Of a stretch of DNA of 64,000 nucleotides, positions 17,605-27,773 are shown in pieces. The notes under the pieces were generated by a model, which was not told the origin of the DNA, did not search any database, and was given only the letters and a program-made list of their open reading frames with translations. This DNA comes from an uncultured Lachnospiraceae bacterium. GTDB lineage: Bacteria; Bacillota; Clostridia; Lachnospirales; Lachnospiraceae. The stretch covers positions 2,192 through 66,191 of the forward strand of contig CAMOXN010000001.1 in the NCBI GenBank assembly GCA_946629175.1, read 5' to 3'. A program made the position numbers and the translations under genes. Within the stretch, counting starts at the first letter, position 1; each line of letters starts with the position of its first letter.

Positions 17605-19458
17605 ATGAAATATCTTCTTACCGGTAATGAAATGGCCGGCGCGGACAGGCGCACCTGGGAGATCATCGGGATCCCGGCCATTGTACTGATGGAGAGGGCA
17701 GCCCTTTCTGTCGCGCAGGAGGTTGCAGGCCGCTTTCCCGGCCGCACAAAGGTAACGATCCTTGCCGGTCCGGGAAACAACGGCGCGGACGGCCTTGCTG
17801 TCGGGAGACTTCTCATCGACAGGGGATATAGCGTTCAGTTCCTGCTGCTGACCGGGGAAGAACCTCCGCAGGATTCCTCCGCGATGATCCAGAGAAAGAT
17901 CCTTGAGGCATACGGCGAGGAACCGGAGGTCTTTACTAAAGAAGCGCTGTATTCGTTCTCACCGGAGATCATAGTCGACGCGCTGTTCGGGACCGGTCTG
18001 GGAAGGCCGCTCAGCGGTGATGCCGCCCTGATCACTGAGACCGTTAACGCATACCGCGAAGAGACAGGATGCAAAGTGGCAGCAGTCGACCTGCCGTCGG
18101 GAATCTCTTCTGAGGACGGAAGTGTGATGGGGTGCGCGGTCCGATGCGACCTGACAGTCACTTTCGCATACTACAAGAGAGGGCATTTCCTGTATCCGGG
18201 CTGCAGTTACTGCGGGGATACGGTGCTCAGGCAGATCGGGATCCACGACAGGAGCTTTACCTGCGACGGAGGCGGTCTTCCGGAAATGTATATGCTTGAG
18301 CGGGAAGATGCGGAGCGCCTGCTCACAGACCGGGATCCGGGTGGCAACAAGGGGACATTCGGCAAAATACTGATCGTCGCAGGCGGACATTCAATGTGCG
18401 GCGCAGCTCTTCTGTGCGCGGAAGCCTGCATGAGGAGCGGCGCGGGAATGGTGAAGATCTTTACGAGGGAAGAGAACCGCGTGATCATTCAGGAGCGGCT
18501 CCCCGAAGCGATGCTTACAGTTTATGAAGCAGTGCCTGACAGTATTGCGTTAAAGTCGTATTCGGTACGCAGGATCCGGGAGAGCCTGATGAAAGATCTC
18601 GCCTGGGCGGATGCGGTCGCTGTCGGACCTGGAATCGGAAGGGGGCCCGAAGCAAAGGTCATTCTTAAGACGATCCTCGCGGCAGTGTCGGAAGGAACGC
18701 CTGCAGATGTGTCCGGTCCACATGGACAAGCCCATGGAACGGACGGAACCGGACTCCGCGGGCTGATCCTTGACGCGGACGCGATCAGGCTTATTGCCGC
18801 TGACGAAAAAATGGATATGATGCTTCAGAAAAGGAATAGAGAAGTCGTCTGCATCATGACGCCGCATCTGGCTGAATTCGCGGATCTTGTCCATGTGCCT
18901 GTGAAAGAAGCCGCGGGAGACAGGATCGCGCTCATGAGAAAGGCAGCGGAAAGGTACGGATGCACTGTTCTGGGTAAGGACGCGAGGACGCTGATCGTCT
19001 CTTGCGGCATCAGGCAGATCTGCATGATCACGAACGGGAACAGCGGAATGGCGACTGCAGGAAGCGGAGATGTCCTTACCGGCATCACCGCTGCGATGCT
19101 GTTCGCGGCAGCAGATAACGGCTGTGGAGGAAATAAAGGGACGGGCACGGCTCCCGGCATGTCCGGCACAGTTGATACGGACTGCCGCGGCCATAACGCG
19201 GCGCAGCTTGCAGCATATATCCATGCGGCAGCCGGAGACATCTGCAGGGAAGAAAAAGGCGAGCAGGCAATGCTGGCGGGAGATATGGTCAGCGCGCTCG
19301 GCGGGATCTTCAACACGATCAGGAATAAGAAAAGTCCTGAGACAGCGCCAATGGACGACGATGCGGCGCCGAAGGACGGACCAACGGCCGTGTGGACGCA
19401 GACCGGCGGCTGCGTGATCGTACCGGAAGACGGGACAGGTGACGAGCCTGCGGAATGA
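17605..19458 (+). CDS. nnr: Bifunctional NAD(P)H-hydrate epimerase/dehydratase (YjeF)
   Basis: LMERAA, GPGNNGADG, DALFGTG, DLPSG, NKGTFG, GPGIG, DADA, TPH, MATAGSGDVLTG. Confidence 0.93.
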   Translation: MKYLLTGNEMAGADRRTWEIIGIPAIVLMERAALSVAQEVAGRFPGRTKVTILAGPGNNGADGLAVGRLLIDRGYSVQFLLLTGEEPPQDSSAMIQRKILEAYGEEPEVFTKEALYSFSPEIIVDALFGTGLGRPLSGDAALITETVNAYREETGCKVAAVDLPSGISSEDGSVMGCAVRCDLTVTFAYYKRGHFLYPGCSYCGDTVLRQIGIHDRSFTCDGGGLPEMYMLEREDAERLLTDRDPGGNKGTFGKILIVAGGHSMCGAALLCAEACMRSGAGMVKIFTREENRVIIQERLPEAMLTVYEAVPDSIALKSYSVRRIRESLMKDLAWADAVAVGPGIGRGPEAKVILKTILAAVSEGTPADVSGPHGQAHGTDGTGLRGLILDADAIRLIAADEKMDMMLQKRNREVVCIMTPHLAEFADLVHVPVKEAAGDRIALMRKAAERYGCTVLGKDARTLIVSCGIRQICMITNGNSGMATAGSGDVLTGITAAMLFAAADNGCGGNKGTGTAPGMSGTVDTDCRGHNAAQLAAYIHAAAGDICREEKGEQAMLAGDMVSALGGIFNTIRNKKSPETAPMDDDAAPKDGPTAVWTQTGGCVIVPEDGTGDEPAE

Positions 19459-20663
19459 GATCGGAGACAGAAATGGAAAACGAGATGAACAGAGCGTCGT
19501 CCTGCAGAACAGCGGATTCGACCGGACACGACAGGATCTGGGCGCAGATCGATATGGACGCCCTGATCTTCAATATGGAGAGCATGCGCGCCAATATAAG
19601 AGAAGAGACGAAGATGGTCGCCGTCCTCAAGACGAACGGATACGGACACGGCGCGGTCCCGATCATGAAGGAACTGGAAAAGCTTCCCTATGTCTGGGGA
19701 TATGCGGCAGCGACCTTTGAGGAGGCGAAGGAACTGAGGGAGAACGGCGCGAAGAAACCGGTCATTCTTTTGGGATACGTTTTTCCTTATTGTTACAGGG
19801 AACTGGTGAGACTGGAGATCAGGCCCGCCTGTTTCAGGGAGGACATGCTCGAACAGCTCTCTGCGGCAGCGGCGGCGGAGGAAAAGCCGGTCCTCATCCA
19901 GATCGCGGTCGATACCGGTATGGGAAGGATCGGAATAAGGCCTGACGATGAGGGCCTGAGATTCGTGCGTAAAGCGCTCGCGACGCCGGGAGTGACTGTC
20001 GAGGGAATGTTCACGCATTTCGCGAAGGCGGATGAAGCGGAACACGGACCGACATACACGCAGATCGATCTTTTTACCGGATTTGCGGACAGGATCCGGT
20101 CGGAACTGGGCTACAGGGTACCTCTGTGCCACTGCTCGAACAGCGCGGGGATCATTGAGTTCAAAGAGGCGAACATGGACCTCGTGCGCGCCGGGATAAC
20201 ACTGTACGGGCTCTGGCCTTCCGATGAAGTCAGCCGGTCGATCGTTCCCTTAAGGCCTGTCATGACGCTGTATTCACGGATCGTATATATCAAGGAAGCA
20301 GGACCCGGTGTAAGCGTAAGCTACGGAGGGACATATACTACGACAGCTGAGAAGACAAGGATCGCGACGGTGCCTGCCGGATATGGGGACGGCTATCCGA
20401 GAAGCCTTTCCGGAAAGGGATATGTCCTTGTCTGCGGCCGGAGAGCGCCGATCCTGGGCAGGGTGTGCATGGACCAGATGATGATCGATGTGACACATAT
20501 ACCTGAAGCGCGCGAAGGAAGCCTGTGCACGCTGATCGGAAGGGACGGAGAAGAGACGATCACGATGGAAGAGCTCGGAGACCTTTCCGGAAGGTTCAAC
20601 TATGAGCTCGCCTGCGATATCAACGCGAGAGTGCCGAGGATCATCTGCGGAGCCGGCTGCTAG
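19455..20663 (+). CDS. alr: Alanine racemase
   Basis: AVLKTNGYGHG (PLP lysine), DTGMGRIG, THFA, GYGDG, GRVCMDQ, NYE; an alternative start at 19473 is possible. Confidence 0.95.
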   Translation: MRSETEMENEMNRASSCRTADSTGHDRIWAQIDMDALIFNMESMRANIREETKMVAVLKTNGYGHGAVPIMKELEKLPYVWGYAAATFEEAKELRENGAKKPVILLGYVFPYCYRELVRLEIRPACFREDMLEQLSAAAAAEEKPVLIQIAVDTGMGRIGIRPDDEGLRFVRKALATPGVTVEGMFTHFAKADEAEHGPTYTQIDLFTGFADRIRSELGYRVPLCHCSNSAGIIEFKEANMDLVRAGITLYGLWPSDEVSRSIVPLRPVMTLYSRIVYIKEAGPGVSVSYGGTYTTTAEKTRIATVPAGYGDGYPRSLSGKGYVLVCGRRAPILGRVCMDQMMIDVTHIPEAREGSLCTLIGRDGEETITMEELGDLSGRFNYELACDINARVPRIICGAGC

Positions 20664-20777
20664 AGGAGAGGAACACCGGATATCAGGAGACGGTCTTTTC
20701 GTCTGTCGGCGCCGGCATCGCTGACTCGATCGTGAACAGGACAGTAAAAGGGCGGCCTTCACGGGTCGCTCTCTCAG

Positions 20778-20806
20778 TTGACGGTTCTGCGGGATAATGG
20801 TATATT
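20778..20806 (+). promoter_or_regulatory. sigmaA promoter (extended -10) of yebC
   Basis: TTGACG, 17 bp spacer, TG-n-TATATT. Confidence 0.65.
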
Positions 20807-20885
20807 GTAATCTGTATTTCTATGTACCGGGCTGAAATGCAGCGCGGACAATACTTATCGGAAATACGTAATCAGGAGGTATAAA

Positions 20886-21617
20886 ATGTCAGGACATTCC
20901 AAATTTGCGAACATTAAGCACAAGAAAGAGAAGAACGATGCGGCTAAGGGCAAGATCTTCACGATCATCGGACGCGAGATCGCCGTCGCCGTCAAGGAAG
21001 GCGGCGCGGACCCCGCTAATAATTTCAAGCTCTCCAAGGTCATCGCGAAGGCCAAGGCCAACAACATGCCCAATGAGACGATCGAGAGAGGGATCAAGAA
21101 GGCCGCAGGCGATATCGGAAACGTCAATTACCAGTACCTTACGTACGAAGGCTACGGGCCCGGCGGCATTGCGATCATTGTGGACACCCTGACAGACAAT
21201 CAGAACAGGACAGCCGCGAACGTCAGATCGGCGTTCACGAAAGGAAACGGGAGCATCGGCACACCGGGCTGCGTATCTTTCATGTTCGACAAGAAGGGCC
21301 AGATCATCATTGACAAGGAAGAGTGCGACCTTACGGCTGACGATCTGATGATGATCGTTCTCGATGCCGGAGCTGACGACATCCAGGAAGAAGAGGACAG
21401 CTTCGAGATCCTGACGGCTGAGGAGGATTTTGACGCTGTTGAGAAGGCGCTCAAGGACGAGGGCATCGCCTATGCTTCCGCGGAAGTGACGATGATCCCC
21501 CAGAACTATGTAAAAGTGACGGATGAGACCACTATGAAGCAGATCCGGAGGATCCTGGACATCCTCGATGATGATGACGACGTGCAGGCTGTCTATCACA
21601 ACTGGGACGAGGACTGA
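20886..21617 (+). CDS. yebC: YebC/PmpR family protein
   Basis: MSGHSKFANIKHKK, YEGYGPGG, TDNQNRT, DDVQAVYHN. Confidence 0.95.
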   Translation: MSGHSKFANIKHKKEKNDAAKGKIFTIIGREIAVAVKEGGADPANNFKLSKVIAKAKANNMPNETIERGIKKAAGDIGNVNYQYLTYEGYGPGGIAIIVDTLTDNQNRTAANVRSAFTKGNGSIGTPGCVSFMFDKKGQIIIDKEECDLTADDLMMIVLDAGADDIQEEEDSFEILTAEEDFDAVEKALKDEGIAYASAEVTMIPQNYVKVTDETTMKQIRRILDILDDDDDVQAVYHNWDED

Positions 21618-21724
21618 GCGCTATTGCCGGATACGATTGTTAGAAAAGGGCAGCTTTATGTGAAGGCATAGAGCTGCCTCGTTGACATAAGGTCTGCGCG
21701 CGGCGCGGCGGAACGGAGTGCAAA

Positions 21725-21904
21725 ATGATAGGTTACGATCCGGAGGACAGGCCTGACGATGAGACGCGTCCGTTCATTCCCTTGAATAATCCGCTGCCCG
21801 TACCGGAGAAAAGGCCGCACTTACGCATGGAATTCGACATTGAGGTTCCGGAAGACGATGAGTTCGATCTTGAGACCGGCAGCGGGGACGATTTTGACAT
21901 CTGA
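21725..21904 (+). CDS. Small acidic hypothetical protein (59 aa, missed by the ORF track)
   Basis: ATG after a GGAG RBS; MIGYDPEDRPDDETRPFIPLNNPLPVPEKRPHLRMEFDIEVPEDDEFDLETGSGDDFDI*; fills the gap between yebC and ftsK. Confidence 0.65.
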   Translation: MIGYDPEDRPDDETRPFIPLNNPLPVPEKRPHLRMEFDIEVPEDDEFDLETGSGDDFDI

Positions 21905-21963
21905 ATAACAGGAACTGAGAACATTCAGGCGCTTTAACAATTAAGGAAGGTCAACAGACAAAA

Positions 21964-24900
21964 ATGGCTTCATCCAAGGGGAAGAAGGGTACAGCCACCG
22001 CTAAGAGAAGGGCGGGTACCGGCAGTACGGCAGGGAACAGAACAGGAAAAAGAACAAGCGCATCCGGGCGGGCGAAGAGTGACCGCTTGAGGATCTCGCA
22101 GGAAGAACTGAGGGCCATGGAAGTGAGGCGGGACATCCGCCTGCTCCTTTTCTTCGGCGTGATGGCCTTTGTGATGATCGCGGAACTGGGATACGGGGGA
22201 GCCGCCGGCAAAGCAGTCTCTGCTTTTATGTTCGGCGTTTTCGGCACGCCTGCGTATATCGTTCCGGTCTTTATGTTCGCCATGGTGCTCTTTATCATAT
22301 CAAATCTCGGCAGAAGGACGCTGGCCGCAAGGACAGTGTCCCTTATTATGCTGCTTGTCGACGCGTGCGCCGCTTTCGAGTTCTGGGGCGGAGAGGTCGT
22401 AAAGGCCGCGGAGTATAATGCGTCAGATATCTATCAGCGGTGCGCCGCTTCCAAAGAAGGCGGCGGACTGATCGGAGGGACGGCCGTTTACTGGCTGTAC
22501 CGTGTCTTTAAGAGCGTTGGCTCTGTCTTTATGATGGTAATGGTCGCGCTGGTCTGTATTTTGGTCTTCACACAGTTCTCTCCTGTGGCGAGATACAGGA
22601 AGGCACAGGCTGAAAGGATCCGCAGGGGCGATCCCTCCTTTATGGAGAGGAGAAGGCTCAGGGCGGAGGAGTCGCGGGCCAGGTCCGAGGAGCGGCGTGA
22701 AGCGGCGGAGCAGGAAAAGAGAGAGAGGGAGGAACTCCTGCTGCAGGAGCAGCTCAACAGAGAGGAGCGCAGGCGGAAAGCTGTGGAGAAGGCAGACGCG
22801 AAGCCTGAGGATCCTAAGGGCGCGGCCGACTTATTCAACACGGTGATCAGGCCGGCCGAGGAAGAGGAAGAAGAGGATTTCGGTCTCGATGAGGGCTCCT
22901 ATCTGTTCAGGAAGAACGATAGAAAGGCTAAGAGGGAGAAAAGACAGACTGCCGCGGCGAGCGTTCCGGAGATCAGTCCGATCGTGGAGGAGACCGGGAA
23001 CGACTCCGCGCACGGGATCCGTGTCATTGACCGGGGAAGAAGCAGTGCCGGAGAAGCGGAAGAGATCCGCGTGAGAGCGGTACCGCAGTCCCGTCCGGAC
23101 AGGCAGCGCCGGCGGCAGACTGAGGAGGAACTGCGGCAGGCTGCGGGGGAACCCGTGCCTAAGCAGCAGTTTTCCATGGAACAGATCCCGAAGGACCCGG
23201 GACCGGCGACTGTGACTGTCTTCACAAGGAGCAGGGAAGCGGGCAGAACAGACAAGGAACTTCGCTTTCCGTTCGAAGAGGAGCAGAGCACGAGGAGAAT
23301 GCGCAGAGTCTACGCGGGCGGGGATATTCCGGGAACGGATCCGGAACCGGCCGCGACAGATCCCGCGGACGCGGGCGGATTGTCTGCTTTCAACGCGATG
23401 AACGCGCAGCGGGTCAGAGAGGAAGAAAGGCCTGCCGCAAAAGAGGAGCCTTCCGTACCGGAAGAGCAGCTCAGGGACATCGAAGTCCACAGGGACCGCG
23501 GCGATGAGAAGGGCAGGACAGCCGGCAGGACCGCGGCAAGCGGGCAGAGCAGGAGCAAAGAGAACAGGAAGTACAGTTTCCCTCCCTATAACCTGATGGA
23601 GAAAGGCGCGAGGGTCAACTCGGCCGAGACGGACAGGGAACTCAAAGAGACGGCTTTCCGGCTCCAGGAGACGCTGCGGACATTCGGCGTCAATGTGAAG
23701 ATATCGGATATAAGCCAGGGACCTTCCGTCACAAGATATGAGCTCGTGCCCGAACAGGGCGTGAAGGTGAGCAAGATCGTCAGCCTTGCCAATGACATCA
23801 AACTCAGCCTTGCGGCCGTCGACATCAGGATCGAGGCGCCGATCCCGGGCAAGCCCGCGATCGGTATCGAAGTGCCCAACACGCATCCGACGGTCGTCGC
23901 CCTAAGGGATATCCTTGAGACGCAGGAGTTCAGGGGAGCCAGGAGCAAACTGGCATTTGCGGTCGGCAAGGATCTGGGCGGCCAGACGGTCGTGACAGAC
24001 ATCTCCAGGATGCCGCACCTGCTCATCGCCGGCGCGACCGGTTCGGGCAAATCGGTCTGTATCAATACGATCATCATGAGCATACTGTATAAGGCGTCAC
24101 CTGACGAAGTGCAGCTGATCATGATCGATCCCAAGGTCGTCGAGCTGAATGTTTACAACGGGATCCCGCATCTGATGATCCCCGTTGTCACGGACGTCAG
24201 GAAGGCGTCCGCGGCGCTGAACTGGGCGGTAGCGGAGATGGAACGCCGCTACAAGCTGTTCGCGACGGCAGGCATGAGAGACCTGAACGGCTACAACTCC
24301 CTGGTGCGCTCCAAGGGCAGAGACGCCGGAGAGAACGAAAAGGTCCTGCCCAGGATCGTCGTGATCGTCGACGAGCTGGCTGACCTCATGATGGTGGCGA
24401 AGGCTGACGTGGAATCCGCGATCTGCCGTCTGGCCCAGCTTGCCAGGGCGGCCGGGATCCACCTGATCATCGCCACGCAGAGGCCTTCGGTCGATGTCAT
24501 CACCGGGCTCATCAAGGCCAATATGCCCAGCAGGATCGCGTTCGCGGTCACGAGCCAGGTGGATTCCAGGACGATCCTCGATATGGCGGGCGCCGAGAAG
24601 CTGATCGGTAAAGGAGACATGCTCTTTTACCCGCAGAATTATCAGAAGCCTGCAAGGATACAGGGCGCTTTCATCTCTGACGAAGACGTGATGAAGGTCG
24701 TAAGCTACATCAAACAGAACAATGCCTCTTATAAAGACAGCGCAGAGGATATCGACAGCGTGATCGACAATATAGCAGCGAACGGAGGAAGCGATCCGGA
24801 TACGGAGATCAAGGGCGGCTCCGGTTTCGACGAGTATTTCGCGGATGCGGGAAGGTTCATCATCGAGAAGAACAAGGCTTCGATCGGCATGCTGCAGAGA

Positions 24901-25044
24901 GTCTTCAAGATCGGCTTTAACAGGGCGGCAAGGATCATGGACCAGCTCGCGGAAGCCGGCGTTGTCAGCGAGGAGAACGGGACAAAAGCCAGGCAGGTGC
25001 TGATGGATATGCCTGCTTTCGAACAGTACCTGGAAGAAATGTAG
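21964..25044 (+). CDS. ftsK: DNA translocase FtsK/SpoIIIE
   Basis: N-terminal TM region, long charged linker, [34 protein letters not shown], gamma domain [11 protein letters not shown]. Confidence 0.95.
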   Translation: MASSKGKKGTATAKRRAGTGSTAGNRTGKRTSASGRAKSDRLRISQEELRAMEVRRDIRLLLFFGVMAFVMIAELGYGGAAGKAVSAFMFGVFGTPAYIVPVFMFAMVLFIISNLGRRTLAARTVSLIMLLVDACAAFEFWGGEVVKAAEYNASDIYQRCAASKEGGGLIGGTAVYWLYRVFKSVGSVFMMVMVALVCILVFTQFSPVARYRKAQAERIRRGDPSFMERRRLRAEESRARSEERREAAEQEKREREELLLQEQLNREERRRKAVEKADAKPEDPKGAADLFNTVIRPAEEEEEEDFGLDEGSYLFRKNDRKAKREKRQTAAASVPEISPIVEETGNDSAHGIRVIDRGRSSAGEAEEIRVRAVPQSRPDRQRRRQTEEELRQAAGEPVPKQQFSMEQIPKDPGPATVTVFTRSREAGRTDKELRFPFEEEQSTRRMRRVYAGGDIPGTDPEPAATDPADAGGLSAFNAMNAQRVREEERPAAKEEPSVPEEQLRDIEVHRDRGDEKGRTAGRTAASGQSRSKENRKYSFPPYNLMEKGARVNSAETDRELKETAFRLQETLRTFGVNVKISDISQGPSVTRYELVPEQGVKVSKIVSLANDIKLSLAAVDIRIEAPIPGKPAIGIEVPNTHPTVVALRDILETQEFRGARSKLAFAVGKDLGGQTVVTDISRMPHLLIAGATGSGKSVCINTIIMSILYKASPDEVQLIMIDPKVVELNVYNGIPHLMIPVVTDVRKASAALNWAVAEMERRYKLFATAGMRDLNGYNSLVRSKGRDAGENEKVLPRIVVIVDELADLMMVAKADVESAICRLAQLARAAGIHLIIATQRPSVDVITGLIKANMPSRIAFAVTSQVDSRTILDMAGAEKLIGKGDMLFYPQNYQKPARIQGAFISDEDVMKVVSYIKQNNASYKDSAEDIDSVIDNIAANGGSDPDTEIKGGSGFDEYFADAGRFIIEKNKASIGMLQRVFKIGFNRAARIMDQLAEAGVVSEENGTKARQVLMDMPAFEQYLEEM

Positions 25045-25083
25045 AGGCAGCAGAACAGCATACTTGAGATCAGGGAGAACAAA

Positions 25084-25938
25084 ATGGCGATTATCATAGA
25101 CGGAAAGAAAATATCCGCACAGATCAAAGATGAGGTCAGGGAAGGGACAGCCGCGCTCGCGGCTCAGGGGATCACACTGACGCTGGCCGTCGTACAGGTC
25201 GGGGAAGATCCCGCCAGTACGGTATATGTGCGCAATAAGCAGAAGGCCTGTGAGTACACCGGCATTGTATCGGTCAAAATAGCGATGCCCGAGGAAACGA
25301 CACAGGAAGAGCTTCTGTCCAGGATCAAGGAACTGAACGCGGACCCCGGCGTCAACGGAATCCTGGTTCAGCTTCCGCTGCCGAAGGGGCTCAACGCGGA
25401 CGAAGTGATCCGCGCGATCTCTCCCCTTAAGGACGTGGACGGCTTCCATCCCCAGAGCGTAGGCGCGCTCAGCATAGGACTGCCCGGCTTTAAGTCCTGT
25501 ACGCCCGCGGGGATCATTGAGCTCATCAGGAGGACCGGTATCGAGACAGAGGGCAAAGAGTGCGTGATCGTAGGAAGGAGCAATATAGTGGGCAAACCTA
25601 TGGCCATGATGATGATCAGGGAGAATGCAACGGTAACTGTTGCCCATTCCAGGACCGCAGATCTTCCCGGAGTCTGCAGAAGGGCGGATATCCTGATCAC
25701 GGCCGTCGGCAAGGCCAAGATGTTCGGCAGGGACTATGTAAAGCCCGGAGCCGCAGTCATTGACTGCGGGATGAACAGGGACGAGAACGGAAAGCTCTGC
25801 GGCGACGTCGACTATGAGGATGTGTTCCCGGTAGCGTCAGCGATCACCCCGGTACCGGGCGGTGTAGGTCCCATGACGGTGGCTATGCTGATGAAGAACT
25901 GCCTTGAGAGCGCCCGCATCCAGGGCCTCGTAAGATGA
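25084..25938 (+). CDS. folD: Methylenetetrahydrofolate dehydrogenase/cyclohydrolase
   Basis: YVRNKQK, GILVQLPLP, KDVDG, CTPAG, GRSNIVGKP, TPVPGGVGPMTVAML. Confidence 0.96.
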   Translation: MAIIIDGKKISAQIKDEVREGTAALAAQGITLTLAVVQVGEDPASTVYVRNKQKACEYTGIVSVKIAMPEETTQEELLSRIKELNADPGVNGILVQLPLPKGLNADEVIRAISPLKDVDGFHPQSVGALSIGLPGFKSCTPAGIIELIRRTGIETEGKECVIVGRSNIVGKPMAMMMIRENATVTVAHSRTADLPGVCRRADILITAVGKAKMFGRDYVKPGAAVIDCGMNRDENGKLCGDVDYEDVFPVASAITPVPGGVGPMTVAMLMKNCLESARIQGLVR

Positions 25939-26627
25939 GCAGGCGGATGCGCAGAGCTGTGCTCCTGATGGGGGTCGCGGCCGCCCTGGTCGTGGGATTC
26001 TGTTTTTATCAGTACAGAATGACAAATACAAGGCAGGCGCTGGTGGCCAGGTCCGTTGAACTGGCTGCGGAAGGCTCCTACGCTGACGCTGCGCGCACGA
26101 TCGACAAAGCGCTCAAGGCGCCGCAGGACGGGAAGTTCAGCGACTATGCCCTGTTACTGAGAAAAGCAGGATTTCTGCAGAAATCAGGGGATACGGAACA
26201 GGCGATGAGCATCGCGATGCGCGTGATCAAGGACACAGAGGAAGGACAGCAGGAGTTCGACGACGGCTGGGCGAGGATCGTCTCCATCTGTTCCGAGGAA
26301 GAGGAGTATGACAAGCTCGCGTCCATCCTGGAGGGAAGCGGGATCGAATCCGTCAAGAGCAGGTATTACAATTACCTGGTCTACGACCCGGTCTTCAGGG
26401 ATCTTCCCGGCTCTTACGAGCGCCAGCTCATTCTGGTCATCGAGAGCCAGGGCGTGGGCAGCGTATTCTATACGCTCGACGGATCGGATCCCACGGAAAA
26501 GAGCAATCTCTATACAGGCGGGATCCTGCTGAGGCCCGGCATCTATACCGTGAAAGCGATGTTCGTGAACCGCTACGGCCTAAGGAGCAATATCGTGACG
26601 GGTACGTACCAGATCCTGGAAGAATAA
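25935..26627 (+). CDS. Membrane-anchored protein with TPR-like helices and a C-terminal Fn3-associated/chitobiase-type beta domain
   Basis: N-terminal TM helix; FYTLDGSDPT...Y...TVKAM motif; ATGA overlap with folD. Confidence 0.75.
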   Translation: MSRRMRRAVLLMGVAAALVVGFCFYQYRMTNTRQALVARSVELAAEGSYADAARTIDKALKAPQDGKFSDYALLLRKAGFLQKSGDTEQAMSIAMRVIKDTEEGQQEFDDGWARIVSICSEEEEYDKLASILEGSGIESVKSRYYNYLVYDPVFRDLPGSYERQLILVIESQGVGSVFYTLDGSDPTEKSNLYTGGILLRPGIYTVKAMFVNRYGLRSNIVTGTYQILEE

Positions 26628-26792
26628 GCGGCTGCTATGCAAGGTATGCATGATACTAAATGATATTTGGGACTTTTTTATCCCAAAAATGCAATTGTCA
26701 TTGCATAGATATGAGTGCTAGTATATAAAAGACCTGAATCAGTAAAACTGAACAAGTAATACAGTCTGTTAAAGACACAAATGGAGGTAGCT

Positions 26793-27668
26793 ATGTTCAA
26801 GATCTTTAAAAAGGAGAATCTGGCCCCCAACATCTATCTGATGGATGTGGAAGCTCCCAGAATTGCCAGGTATGCGCTTCCCGGACAGTTCCTGATCGTC
26901 CGCGTAGACGAGGAAGGAGAGAGGATCCCTCTTACGATCTGCGATTACGACAGCGAAGAAGGAATCGTGCAGATCGTATTCCAGGTCATCGGAGGAGAGA
27001 CTTTCAGAATGGCATCCCTGGAAGTTGGGGACAGTTTTGCCGACATGGTCGGACCTCTCGGCAGGCCGTCTGATCTGACAGAGCTTTCGATCGAAGAACT
27101 GAAGAACAAAAAGATCTGCTTCATCGCGGGCGGCGTCGGAACAGCTCCCGTTTACTGCCAGCTCAAGTGGCTCAAGAAGCAGGGCGTCGAAGTGGACTGC
27201 ATCCAGGGCGCCAGAACAAAGGATATCATTATCCTTGAAAAAGAGATGAGCGAAGTCTCGAATCTCCATATCTGCACGGATGACGGCACTTACGGCATTC
27301 ACGGCAATGTCTGCGTGGCACTCCAGAAGCTCTGGGACGAAGGAAAGCGCTTTGACAGAGTGATCGCGATCGGCCCCATGATCATGATGAAATTCGTATG
27401 TCAGCTCACCAAAGAGCTCGGCGTTGAGACCATTATTTCGATGAACCCCATTATGGTGGACGGCACCGGAATGTGCGGCGCATGCCGTCTTATGGTCGGC
27501 GGAAAAGTTAAATTTGCCTGTGTCGACGGACCCGAGTTCGACGGACACGAAGTTGATTTCGCGCAGGCGATGCAGAGGATGAAACTGTACGCGTCGGAAG
27601 AGGGACGCCTGTACCTCAAAGCCAAGGAAGGCGACACGCACCACGGCGGATGCGGGAACTGCAACTGA
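26793..27668 (+). CDS. nfnA: Electron-bifurcating transhydrogenase small subunit (NfnA/SudB-like)
   Basis: PGQFLIVR, GERIPLT, GGVGTAP, MVDGTGMCGACR, CVDGPEFD; ATG at 26793 after GGAGG. Confidence 0.88.
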   Translation: MFKIFKKENLAPNIYLMDVEAPRIARYALPGQFLIVRVDEEGERIPLTICDYDSEEGIVQIVFQVIGGETFRMASLEVGDSFADMVGPLGRPSDLTELSIEELKNKKICFIAGGVGTAPVYCQLKWLKKQGVEVDCIQGARTKDIIILEKEMSEVSNLHICTDDGTYGIHGNVCVALQKLWDEGKRFDRVIAIGPMIMMKFVCQLTKELGVETIISMNPIMVDGTGMCGACRLMVGGKVKFACVDGPEFDGHEVDFAQAMQRMKLYASEEGRLYLKAKEGDTHHGGCGNCN

Positions 27669-27773
27669 CGGATCCCGGCGCAGGGACAGAAGATCCTGCG
27701 CGGGCGGGTGACCACCTGCCTGTCCGATCGCCTGACGAGTACATAGACGAGTGCATAGAAAGGACATACGATA

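Noticed and set aside
27735-27770. Short 12 bp direct repeat (GACGAGTACATA/GACGAGTGCATA) before nfnB
   Set aside because: Only two copies plus a weak third overlapping the RBS; could easily be a chance local duplication.
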